Part shown: one piece after another, positions 1 through 8,708 of the stretch
Position numbering within the stretch: the stretch's first letter is position 1
How the letters are laid out: each line of letters opens with the position of its first letter
Assembly: GCA_964648855.1 (NCBI GenBank)
Contig: CAZYLT010000005.1
Span: 120,001-152,000, forward strand
Length of the DNA stretch: 32,000 bases
Reading direction: 5' to 3'
Origin: an uncultured archaeon
GTDB taxonomy: Archaea; Asgardarchaeota; Thorarchaeia; Thorarchaeales; Thorarchaeaceae
Notes under the pieces: generated by a model
Told to the model about the DNA's origin: nothing
The model's input: only the letters and a program-made list of their open reading frames with translations
The model's database searches: none
Position numbers and translations under genes: made by a program

Positions 1-138
1 TTCCTCCAGTTTGCGTAGCTCATCCCTCTTCTGTTTGGTTCGATAGGCGACAAGTGCAGCTCTCCCAACAAGAATCAGCAAAGGAGCCAACCACCAAATT
101 ATGAGCAATGTCATATCCACCTGAAGCATGATTGTCAC
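1..138 (-). CDS. Partial (3'-truncated by window edge) membrane-anchored hypothetical protein
   Basis: Manual translation of the minus strand from GTG 138 (or ATG 129): (VTI)MLQVDMTLLIIWWLAPLLILVGRAALVAYRTKQKRDELRKLEE, open to the window edge. GAGGAG RBS-like motif just upstream. One hydrophobic helix followed by a basic/charged helix. Confidence 0.65.
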   Translation of the reverse strand, partial: MTIMLQVDMTLLIIWWLAPLLILVGRAALVAYRTKQKRDELRKLEE

Positions 139-240
139 TGTTCTCCTCTCGTGAATTGTCCTAAATTAAAGGTGATGTCCTCGGCATTCATTAGTGAACT
201 TTATCTTACCATCTACCTCATTCTCAATTCAGTGTGCTCC

Positions 241-1941
241 ATGCCAAGACGAGAACGTGGTATTTCGAAGAAGCTTGCTGCTTTTGGAGAAAAGCAATTT
301 GAAGAGACCGGAGCTTCTCAGGTCGAAGTATTGAGAGTAAAAGCATCAACGATAAGGAAGTACTTCAAGGAATTGAGAGGAATCAGGTTTCTCGTTTCTG
401 TGTTGTACTTGGATCTAGTGAGAGTATATTTCTTCACCGAAAATGGAGTTATGCTACTCGGTGAGAATCTAGAGCCCGATCGCTATGAAGATATCAGGAG
501 TAGATCAAGGCTACTAAGAAAATTTGAGAAGCCAACGCCCCCAACGGAACTTGAAGTACGCATGGAACTAACGGAGGAATTTCGAGGCCTATTAAGTAAG
601 TCCATAAAGAGAGTAGCGCGTTACCTAAATGCAAGCGAACCGACTTTTCCTGCTATCTACTTGACATCAGAAAATATCGCAAGCTCTGGTCAAGGCTTTG
701 GTGTTAGGATTAGTGAAGAAGGGGCCTTTCTGGTGGAGCAGGATATATCAAAATCCCCTTTGGCTGAGGGTATCGCATTAAGAATATCATTTCTGAGCAA
801 CCTGAATCCCAAGAACGCCACATCCAACTTAATTCAAACCCTTTCTAACTCGATTGCATATGCTCTTCTGAATGAGAATGCAAGACAGCAATGGCGAGAG
901 ACATGGCTGAAGGAGTCTAAAGAAACAAACGAAGCGAGATTAGTTGGGCATTTCATCCGCCATATTCCTGTCTACAAGGATGAAGGCTTCTCTAGAATCC
1001 TAACCATTCTAAAAGCCTCCCCAGCGGATGTGTCTTCAACACAATGGGAAGAAGCACTCACTTTGGTCCATAATACCCTGCAAGTTTCCTTGGGAACTGG
1101 AGCGTCTCATACCATATCTATGTTCTGCGATGAGCTTTACAACACAGACCAGATTCTTCAGAAGAAGCATAGCTTACCTGAGATTCACTTGGCTCCGAGA
1201 GCTATCTGTAATCCCAAACCTCTTGGTCACGACATATCCATCAGCTGGGACCAAAATGGGGCCTCCGATGAGGACTCTTGGTTCCATCTATCGATTATTG
1301 AAGGTGGCAACAAGAAGCATTTGACCGCACACAAGGGCGGTGATAATCCAGTTGAGGAATATCAATACTATCTCAATTTGTCAGATGTGTTTCCGAAGAC
1401 AACGGGTTTGGGTTCTCATGGGCGAGACATCATCTCTTGGGCTCTGGATAAGCTGGGGCTATCTAGCACCCGCGAGAAGACATTTGCCGCTTCACTTAGT
1501 GTTCGCGACATAACTGCAAGTCCAACGGAGCTTGCCGTTCTTGAGCGCCTTGCCACTGGTGACCTGGAAGTACTAGCGAATTCTCTAATCGGGTCTCCCT
1601 CTAGGATTACCTCATTGATGCAGAGTGGGGGGTTGATTATGGTGCCAGACTTTTCCCATATGGGTCTAAAGCCCGACCTCCTCATCCAAGGAAAGGATGA
1701 GTCTGTCTTTGAGGAAGTTAAGCGGTACTGTTTAGAAATGACCATGTTCAAGACATCAAAGGATTCATTCTCGGTGGTTTCGGCTCCTTCAGAATGGCGT
1801 TCAATGCTCCTTCTAGCTCTTTCTGAATACGATTGCCATATCTACCCCATCGTAAAACACAATTCTTCTAAGAAATGGCTCCGTGATGAGGAATTGTTCC
1901 CTGGCCTTGGCGAAATTGATGCTTGGAGTCCGAGTGATTAG
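241..1941 (+). CDS. Hypothetical protein (~566 aa), possible degenerate Lrp/AsnC-like wHTH module at the C-terminus
   Basis: Long ORF (track 151..1941). ATG 241 (MPRRERG) preferred as start because 151-240 is the AT-rich divergent intergenic region. The C-terminal TELAVLERL...LANSL...ITSLMQSGGLIMVPDFSHMGL loosely follows the Lrp/AsnC pattern (weak). Confidence 0.75.
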   Translation: MPRRERGISKKLAAFGEKQFEETGASQVEVLRVKASTIRKYFKELRGIRFLVSVLYLDLVRVYFFTENGVMLLGENLEPDRYEDIRSRSRLLRKFEKPTPPTELEVRMELTEEFRGLLSKSIKRVARYLNASEPTFPAIYLTSENIASSGQGFGVRISEEGAFLVEQDISKSPLAEGIALRISFLSNLNPKNATSNLIQTLSNSIAYALLNENARQQWRETWLKESKETNEARLVGHFIRHIPVYKDEGFSRILTILKASPADVSSTQWEEALTLVHNTLQVSLGTGASHTISMFCDELYNTDQILQKKHSLPEIHLAPRAICNPKPLGHDISISWDQNGASDEDSWFHLSIIEGGNKKHLTAHKGGDNPVEEYQYYLNLSDVFPKTTGLGSHGRDIISWALDKLGLSSTREKTFAASLSVRDITASPTELAVLERLATGDLEVLANSLIGSPSRITSLMQSGGLIMVPDFSHMGLKPDLLIQGKDESVFEEVKRYCLEMTMFKTSKDSFSVVSAPSEWRSMLLLALSEYDCHIYPIVKHNSSKKWLRDEELFPGLGEIDAWSPSD

Positions 1942-3602
1942 GACAAGATTTCAACGACTGTACCAATAGCCCGAGTATTGGCTTCTCGCAATACAATTTT
2001 CTCTCCAAGCTCAATGGCTTCATGTCCCCTAAGAAATTGAAGCCTAACTCTTGCGAAATCTCCGACTGATAGGAATTCATTATCGTATATTTTCGATAAC
2101 ATGACTGTGGTCTGGATAGTATTGCATTGTAAGACGGGCATATACCCTGTCGTTATTCGGGTGGGGTGCCTCGTCACCACAATATTCGCTTCAAATTCCC
2201 TACAAGATTTCAGATCCTCGATAGGATCTGCAACAACTTGCCCTCTTCTCACAGAGTGTTTCTCAACGTCCTTGATATCAAATCCAAACAAGTCACCTGC
2301 TCGTACATTGGTGACACGTTTCTGGAACATCTCAATGCTGAATAGCCTGCCTTTACGGAAGTTACCATTTTGGTCGGGACCTATAGCTATACTCTGTCCT
2401 TGCTTAAACACGCCAGCTCTCACAGTACCAGTTACAACCACATTAGTTCCTCTGATACCCCTGTAGACCTTGTCAATATAGGCTCTAGCTGGCAATGACA
2501 AGTCATGAGATTTTGCTTTCACCGGCAGCTTTGAGAGGAGCTCAATTAGCAATATCAATGAATCCATTTCAGTTGCTGCCACTTCAAGAATGGGAACTAT
2601 GACTCCGTGTTCAATTTCCCTTATTACAGGCCCAATCTCATTCCCGTCCCTGACCACTACTGGAATTTTTCCAATATCCTTCAAGGTCTTCTTTACCAAG
2701 TCAAAAACGAGTATTTTGTCGGACATCTTAGCCTTATCTGGCTTAGAAATGATGACCATGAATGGAGCATCTTGATTTGACATCAGAATAAGATGTTCCC
2801 TGGTTATATCGTCAAGCCTCTGTATACTAGTACGTTCCTCTTCGCCCCGAATCAGATTTGCTTCTTCTGGTGCTGGAACAAGGACGATTCCATATTGTGC
2901 ATCTGCGCCAAGAATGCTGCGAATCATCGTTTTGCTGTATTCCTTGTGACCTGGTGCATCAAAAAAGGCAACGATATTGGTTGATTTATCCAGTACACGC
3001 GCAGACTCCTCCTTATTCAAAGGGTTTTCCAGGTGTAATGATTTCCCGTCTTGATCAAATCCCATGAAGGACATGTGAAGATCGGCTGTCTGACCTCGAG
3101 TGATTTCTTGCGGGTGCTTAAGCAGGAATGATCTTGCCTTTCCACTTCCATCATCTGGGGTTCCAGTTACTAGTGCTCCAATCAGAGTTGATTTTCCAGA
3201 ATTGACCCTACCTGCTACGTTCACTGAACATGTTTCCTTGACTTCAGGCGCAGCCAATCTCTTAAGCAGATAAACGCCAACAAGTCCCTTGTCCGTTTCA
3301 ATTCGTTCTTCTTCAACAATCTCTACGTCTGCATCTTGACATATCTTGGTTAGAATCTCTTCAGATTTTTCCAGACCCTCTTCTGTAAGACCGAAAATTT
3401 TCCATTTTCTGCCATTGATATCCTCAATACCGACAAGAAATGTGCCCTCGAATGGGACCTCACAGGTCATATACCTGATCCGCGTGACCAGTTTTTCTCT
3501 TCTCTCTTTTCGAAGGTCTGAAGTATCTAGTTTTCTCTTGAATTCTGTATTCCTGTTCTCGCCATTTACCAGAATCTCAGATATTTCCTCTGCTGATGTC
3601 AT
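1938..3602 (-). CDS. GTPBP1/GTPBP2-family (aGPBP) translational GTPase with N-terminal AlbA_2/Schlafen-like domain
   Basis: G1 GRVNSGKST, G2 RGQT, G3 DAPGH, G4 SKPD. EF-Tu-like domain II (IDKVYRGIRGTNVVVTGTVRAG) and domain III (EFEANIVVTRHPTRITTGYMPV). N-terminal GENRNTEFKRKL...FLVGIED typical of this family. Confidence 0.88.
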   Translation of the reverse strand: MTSAEEISEILVNGENRNTEFKRKLDTSDLRKERREKLVTRIRYMTCEVPFEGTFLVGIEDINGRKWKIFGLTEEGLEKSEEILTKICQDADVEIVEEERIETDKGLVGVYLLKRLAAPEVKETCSVNVAGRVNSGKSTLIGALVTGTPDDGSGKARSFLLKHPQEITRGQTADLHMSFMGFDQDGKSLHLENPLNKEESARVLDKSTNIVAFFDAPGHKEYSKTMIRSILGADAQYGIVLVPAPEEANLIRGEEERTSIQRLDDITREHLILMSNQDAPFMVIISKPDKAKMSDKILVFDLVKKTLKDIGKIPVVVRDGNEIGPVIREIEHGVIVPILEVAATEMDSLILLIELLSKLPVKAKSHDLSLPARAYIDKVYRGIRGTNVVVTGTVRAGVFKQGQSIAIGPDQNGNFRKGRLFSIEMFQKRVTNVRAGDLFGFDIKDVEKHSVRRGQVVADPIEDLKSCREFEANIVVTRHPTRITTGYMPVLQCNTIQTTVMLSKIYDNEFLSVGDFARVRLQFLRGHEAIELGEKIVLREANTRAIGTVVEILS

Positions 3603-3639
3603 TACCGATATACCTTATATGGACTCTCAAGATACTGTT

Positions 3640-3652
3640 TTGATATAAGCTC
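3640..3652 (-). promoter_or_regulatory. Putative TATA box for the GTPase gene
   Basis: Minus strand reads AGCTTATATCAA about 40 nt upstream of ATG 3602. Confidence 0.4.
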
Positions 3653-3677
3653 TACGTGATTCATATGAACTGATATA

Positions 3678-5690
3678 TCAAAGGAAAATCTCATGAGCAA
3701 GACTGCGTGCATTTTCATACTCAGCGCTTGCAACCCCTTCAGCGTCTTTTGGTGGAAACATCTCGTCAAACCTATTGGAGAACTCACGAAGAAGATATCT
3801 GAGGTCAAATGATTCCTCATCAGCAATCAATGCCACCGTGCGTGTTTCTGTATGTTCCATCAAAAGAGTAAATCCTTCGTGACTAATAGACCTCAGAAGG
3901 CCCTTGGTACCCATTAATTCGCTCGTGAACGACATTATTGCAGAAATAAATCCACTAACTATGGAGCTATCCACCTCAAGCTTCATGTCGAAGTAATGGA
4001 CAAATTGTGGAATCCCTGAACCTCTATCCAGTGCAATCAGTGCGCGGATTGTGGGCTTTGGTACATCTTTCATCTGACCTGCAGGTTTGAATCCCGAAAC
4101 TCTGTCCATCAGGTTGGATACCGCAACTTCTCTGGCCGAATGTTTCTCAATCCTTCCCTCTAATAGACCCATTCGATATTGCGCTTGATTAACAAGTCGC
4201 GAGTCATCAACATAGTTCGCGAGACTCAGAGCTCTTTCAATGTCACCCTTGGCTTCTAGCTTCTTATTGGCAAACCGGAATACGTCACTTCTGAGCAGCA
4301 GCACCTCTGCATATAGAGATTTTAGTCCCTGTTCTTTTGCAATTTGAATCAAGTCGTCCAAATGATATGCGGCACTCGCAAGGAATTCTTCATCGTCTTC
4401 ATGTTCATACGCTTTCATGTACGTTCTAGCCAATTCCAGCTCTACTCTGACAAGAATCTCAAAAGCAGCATTATCCCTTCCTATTTTTAGTGCCTCTTCA
4501 AAGCTCGAAACGGCTTCTTGCCAGTTATTCTTCGAAGCATTGAAAACGCCTTCCGCATGATAATACGCTGCGATTTGGAGCGGTTTGTCGGAGGATTGAG
4601 CGATTCTTGATGCCTCTTTCAAACATTCCAAAGCTTCATCTTGTCTGTCTGTCAAGGAAAGAAGAATCGCATTCCAACTGAACACCTCAATCATGCCCTG
4701 TTTTGTTTTCCTCTCAATTCGCATGCCCTCTTTGAGATACTCCTCCGCCTTATCGTACATTCCCATAATGGTGCACAGTTCTGCAAGATTTGCAAGCGGT
4801 GCCAATTTGGTGGCATCGGTTTCCATATGTTCATAGGCTTTCTCAAAATACTCTACTGCATTCTCTATTCGAAGCGAGTTGGTATGAAGTGTTCCCAGAT
4901 TGTTGTATGCAATGCCAAGTCCCAATTCAAATGAGAGGTCCTCGCTAATTTCCTTGACTCGAAGGTAGTGTTCTTCTGCCGTATCAAAATCACCTCTGAG
5001 GTTGCAGATATTTCCTCTGAGGTTTTCTGTTAATGCCATGAACATACGATTGTTCTTCCTTTCCGCCATATCTTCTAGAGTGTCACATATCCGAGAAGCA
5101 CGATTGGCTTCTCCAATTTCTCTCAATAGGGAACCTACCACGTACAGAGCAAACATCGTTTCAGTTAATGGGTCCTCTACCTGTTGGGGATCTGTTTCGA
5201 GAAGATTATCAAATTCCATCACGCACATGGTTACGCTTGTATCTCTCTCTGCAGCAGCTTGGAGTACTCTAACCGTGGATAGGCGAATCTTATCAGAGAG
5301 GTCTGATTCCTCATTGACGATTTCTTGTAGCTTGCTCAGAACCCGTCCCAAACCTTCGACATCTGAGAGAACGAAGTAAATGATGGCACTAAGACTCAGT
5401 ACTTCGGGGTGATTTGACTCAGCTGAAACAAACAGGCCTTCCGCCAACCTTCCTCTTGTTAGGCATGCCTTCATCCCTAAGGATAATATGCTGGGGTCAG
5501 GATTCTCTTTCATACTCTCTTTAGATGCAATCTCAATTACAATGTCAGTAAATGCTGAGAAAGCGGGTTCCCCTTGCAACTTTCTTTCGCCATACTTTTT
5601 GTGTATCTCTTCCCAGGGAACGCCGCTCCGGTCTTTCATATCAGCGAATTCCGGAGGTATGCCTGCTGAAGTCAATCTATCCTCTCTCAT
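3678..5690 (-). CDS. Tetratricopeptide-repeat protein with C-terminal longin-like domain
   Basis: Multiple TPR-like repeats (NLRGNICNLRGDFDTAEEHY; AYNNLGTLHTNSLRIENAVEYFEKA; LANLAELCTIMGMYDKAEEYLKEG; EGVFNASKNNWQEAVSSFEEAL). C-terminal ~125 aa (ALDRGSGIPQF...IVSGFISAIMSFTSEL...LRSISHEGFTLLME...LREFSNRFDEMF) fits the Asgard longin pattern. Confidence 0.82.
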   Translation of the reverse strand: MREDRLTSAGIPPEFADMKDRSGVPWEEIHKKYGERKLQGEPAFSAFTDIVIEIASKESMKENPDPSILSLGMKACLTRGRLAEGLFVSAESNHPEVLSLSAIIYFVLSDVEGLGRVLSKLQEIVNEESDLSDKIRLSTVRVLQAAAERDTSVTMCVMEFDNLLETDPQQVEDPLTETMFALYVVGSLLREIGEANRASRICDTLEDMAERKNNRMFMALTENLRGNICNLRGDFDTAEEHYLRVKEISEDLSFELGLGIAYNNLGTLHTNSLRIENAVEYFEKAYEHMETDATKLAPLANLAELCTIMGMYDKAEEYLKEGMRIERKTKQGMIEVFSWNAILLSLTDRQDEALECLKEASRIAQSSDKPLQIAAYYHAEGVFNASKNNWQEAVSSFEEALKIGRDNAAFEILVRVELELARTYMKAYEHEDDEEFLASAAYHLDDLIQIAKEQGLKSLYAEVLLLRSDVFRFANKKLEAKGDIERALSLANYVDDSRLVNQAQYRMGLLEGRIEKHSAREVAVSNLMDRVSGFKPAGQMKDVPKPTIRALIALDRGSGIPQFVHYFDMKLEVDSSIVSGFISAIMSFTSELMGTKGLLRSISHEGFTLLMEHTETRTVALIADEESFDLRYLLREFSNRFDEMFPPKDAEGVASAEYENARSLAHEIFL

Positions 5691-5843
5691 CAGATTTCAT
5701 TCTTACAAATGATGGGTAGTTTATGCAGTAGTTCACTTATGAGACTATGCTGTTTCCTCTTCAAAAAAGGCGCAGACTGTAACGCTATTAAAGGCATGAA
5801 TGCTGGCATAGTTTGGAATTCCACCGCTTTTTAGAGCAAACTG

Positions 5844-7241
5844 GTGATATTGTTGTTTGATAAATTCGAAAAGGCAATCGAAGTAGGGAGAGACCTAGGC
5901 GCAACTTATGTTGAGCTTAGAGGTGAGAATGGATTCATCGAGTATATTCAGATGGACGATGGACGAATCAACGCACTAACTCAAAGACTTGAGAGAGGAG
6001 TTGGAGTGCGAGTACTAGCTAATGGCGCTTGGGGCTTTGTAACTACTGGACAAGTTGATCAATTGTCAGATGCTGTACGCAATGCTTACTCCATGGCGAA
6101 AGCTGCAGGTGCAACAAGAAGAGAACCAATAGAACTTGCAAATGTGAAGGCTTACGGGGAAACCATCAAGTCTACTGCAAAACGAGATCCGAGGCATGTA
6201 CCTATAGATGAGAAGATTCAGTATATGTCTGATATGACAAAGGAAATTCGCGATTTCGATGAGAGGGTCACAGCTGTCACCGTGAAAGTCAGAACCGCAT
6301 CTGGAACGAAGTATCTAATGACATCAGATGGCACAAAAATCCAGTCTCCTATCTTGCTGGTTTGGTCATATCCGTGGGTGACTGGAAAAGAAGGCACACA
6401 ATTGAGTGCTGCAAGGTACGAAGACGCTTCAACTCATGAAGGATGGGAGTACATGGAAAAGGTTGCTACTCCCAGAGCCATAGGGCACGCCGCAGCAAAA
6501 AGAGTGAAATTACAGCTTGAAGGAATAAAAGCCAAAGCCGGTTCATTTCCCTGTGTGTTGGGCCCTCGAGTAATAGGCGTTCTAGCTCATGAAGCGCTGG
6601 GTCATTTATCGGAGGCTGACCTTACAGTTCAGAGTGCTTTCAATGGCAAACTAGGAGAGGTTGTTGCCGCTGAAGGAGTCAACATGACCGATGATGGGAC
6701 ACTACCCGGTAATCTAGGAACCACAAAATATGATGACGAAGGTGTTCCCACTAGCAGGGTGGAAATCATCAAAGATTCAGTATTGACAGGTTTACTCACA
6801 AATAGGGAATATGCTGCAAAGAATAACTTGCCTCCAACTGGAAATGCCAGAGCTCAAGATTACCTCTATCCGCCCATAATCAGAATGAGAAACACCATGT
6901 TTGAGAGAGGTGACTACGACCCATCTGAGATTTTCGAAGGAATCGATTTTGGATATTATTGCGCAGATTTTCGTGGCGGACAAGCCCAGGCGAACGCTAG
7001 CTTTCAGGTTGGTGTTCAGGAGGCATACGAAATTGTCAATGGCGAAATCGGGAAGCCAGTCAAGGATCTATCAATATCGGGCATAGCAACTGACTCACTA
7101 TTCAAAATAGAAGGAGTCGCAGATGAAGACTTCCCATTTGAGCTGGGTCGATGCGGAAAAGGGCAGGAGGCATTCGTTGCAGCTGGTGGCCCAAGAATCA
7201 GATTCAGTAAGGGTGGTATTACATTTGGAGGCAAAAACTAG
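5844..7241 (+). CDS. tldD: TldD family metalloprotease (catalytic subunit)
   Basis: GVGVRVLANGAWGF; zinc motif HEALGHLSEAD; YDDEGVP; TGNARAQ...PIIRMRNT; C-terminal CGKGQ. True start may be TTG 5853 (after GGTGA). Confidence 0.93.
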   Translation: MILLFDKFEKAIEVGRDLGATYVELRGENGFIEYIQMDDGRINALTQRLERGVGVRVLANGAWGFVTTGQVDQLSDAVRNAYSMAKAAGATRREPIELANVKAYGETIKSTAKRDPRHVPIDEKIQYMSDMTKEIRDFDERVTAVTVKVRTASGTKYLMTSDGTKIQSPILLVWSYPWVTGKEGTQLSAARYEDASTHEGWEYMEKVATPRAIGHAAAKRVKLQLEGIKAKAGSFPCVLGPRVIGVLAHEALGHLSEADLTVQSAFNGKLGEVVAAEGVNMTDDGTLPGNLGTTKYDDEGVPTSRVEIIKDSVLTGLLTNREYAAKNNLPPTGNARAQDYLYPPIIRMRNTMFERGDYDPSEIFEGIDFGYYCADFRGGQAQANASFQVGVQEAYEIVNGEIGKPVKDLSISGIATDSLFKIEGVADEDFPFELGRCGKGQEAFVAAGGPRIRFSKGGITFGGKN

Positions 7242-7247
7242 GAGGAT

Positions 7248-8612
7248 ATGAGCATGAAATCAGAAAAAGAACTACTTGAACTATGCAACTACATTGTCAA
7301 GAAAGCAGGCCAATCTGGGGCTGATGATGCAGAAGCCCTTGCTGTAAGTACTTCTGAGCTTGAGTCGGAGGTGGAAATGGCTCAAGTGAGCACGGTGAAT
7401 CAAAAGAAGGCAACAGAGATTGCCATTAGATTGTATGTTGGTAAGAAGATGGGTAGCGCTTTTCTCAACATAGCAACTAAGCAAGCAGCTGATGAGGCCG
7501 TAGAACTTGCCATCGCCGCGGCTAAGGCTACAACGCCCGATGAGGATTGGATAGGTCTGCCTGAATCTGCTGAGTATCCAAACATCGAGAACCTTTGGTC
7601 TTCTGATGCCAAGGATGCAAGACCCGAAAGCATAGTGAATATGCTAGCTGACGCTGTAGCCAAGAGCGCAAGCGCTGAAGAGGGCCTCATACCCGCTTTT
7701 GGAGGATCTGGAACAAACGCCCTGATTACAGCTTATGTCAACAGCAACGGGGTCGAACATTCCGAGAAATTGACGGTATCGTACTGCATGATTGGGGCAA
7801 TTGCTAGAACAGAATCTGGAGTGACTCCTATGACGCTTTCATTCGATATCGCGCGTAACATGGACGTTGATATCAACAGAATCGTGGATGAAGTTTCCTC
7901 TGAAATACGTGTTCTCAAAAACTCAGCAGAGGGCAAGACTGGAACCCACACTGTGGTAATGCACCCTCGCGCCTATGGGCAGATCTTTCAGTATACACTT
8001 GTTCAAGCAATTAGGGGGGACAATGTTGCACGTGGAAAATCGAAAATTGGCGATAAGATTGGAGAGAAAATAGCAGTGGATTTCCTAACCATAACAGATG
8101 ATGGTACGGACATTCGTGGTTTGAATGCTTCAGAAGCAGATGATGAAGGTGTTCCGCGACAGAGGACTCCAATCATAGCAGATGGAGTACTGAAATCATT
8201 CATCTGGGATACTTATTGGGCCAACAAGATGGGTGTTAAGAGCACAGGCAATGCCAGCAGAAACATGCGGCAGGGACTGGTTGAAATATCTCCATCAAAT
8301 ATAATCGTAGAACCGGGTGAGAGAGATATTGATGATATCATCTCTGAAATAGACCATGGATATCTCATTACTGGAGTGCAGGGTGCGCATAGCTCAAATC
8401 CCGAGTCCGGTGATTTCAGCATTGTAGGTAACCCAGCAATATTAATTGAAGATGGAAAACTGGTAGGCGCTGTTCATGGATTGATGGTATCGGGTAATGT
8501 TTTTGACCTCTTAAAACAGGTGAAAGAGATTGCCAAGGAGCCCCATTTACTTCAGTCTCTGATTGCTCCAGAGATTGTTTTCGAAGATGTGGATATAGTG
8601 GCAAAGGAGTAG
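7248..8612 (+). CDS. pmbA: PmbA/TldE family protein (non-catalytic partner of TldD)
   Basis: Directly follows tldD with a GGAGG RBS; DDEGVPRQRT, STGNASR, GAHSSNPESGDFS, SGNVFDLL; lacks HExxxH. Confidence 0.92.
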   Translation: MSMKSEKELLELCNYIVKKAGQSGADDAEALAVSTSELESEVEMAQVSTVNQKKATEIAIRLYVGKKMGSAFLNIATKQAADEAVELAIAAAKATTPDEDWIGLPESAEYPNIENLWSSDAKDARPESIVNMLADAVAKSASAEEGLIPAFGGSGTNALITAYVNSNGVEHSEKLTVSYCMIGAIARTESGVTPMTLSFDIARNMDVDINRIVDEVSSEIRVLKNSAEGKTGTHTVVMHPRAYGQIFQYTLVQAIRGDNVARGKSKIGDKIGEKIAVDFLTITDDGTDIRGLNASEADDEGVPRQRTPIIADGVLKSFIWDTYWANKMGVKSTGNASRNMRQGLVEISPSNIIVEPGERDIDDIISEIDHGYLITGVQGAHSSNPESGDFSIVGNPAILIEDGKLVGAVHGLMVSGNVFDLLKQVKEIAKEPHLLQSLIAPEIVFEDVDIVAKE

Positions 8613-8708
8613 ACCCTTTGCTACTCCACATTTTTCTGTTCCCGCAGGCAAAAGAATATCAGTCCTAGGACAAGCATTGAACAAGTTCGAATCTAGAGTT
8701 GATGGAAG

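Noticed and set aside
151-240. N-terminal extensions given by the ORF track (also 16580-16672, 24702-24767, 27644-27673)
   Set aside because: These lie in promoter-like intergenic DNA; downstream starts fit better, with an RBS-like motif in the latter three cases.
1938-3602. Calling the GTPase EF-1alpha/EF-Tu or SelB
   Set aside because: The N-terminal AlbA-like domain and the G-domain pattern (GALVTGTPDDGSGKAR) match GTPBP1/2; there is no SelB C-terminal extension.
3602-3826. 74-aa minus-strand ORF bridging the TPR-longin and GTPase genes
   Set aside because: Mostly overlaps the longin domain in another frame and spans a probable promoter; both neighbours are complete, so no frameshift is needed.
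5844-8612. TldD/PmbA as part of a RiPP (microcin-like) biosynthetic cluster
   Set aside because: No YcaO, radical SAM, precursor peptide or exporter nearby; tldD/pmbA pairs are common housekeeping genes in archaea.
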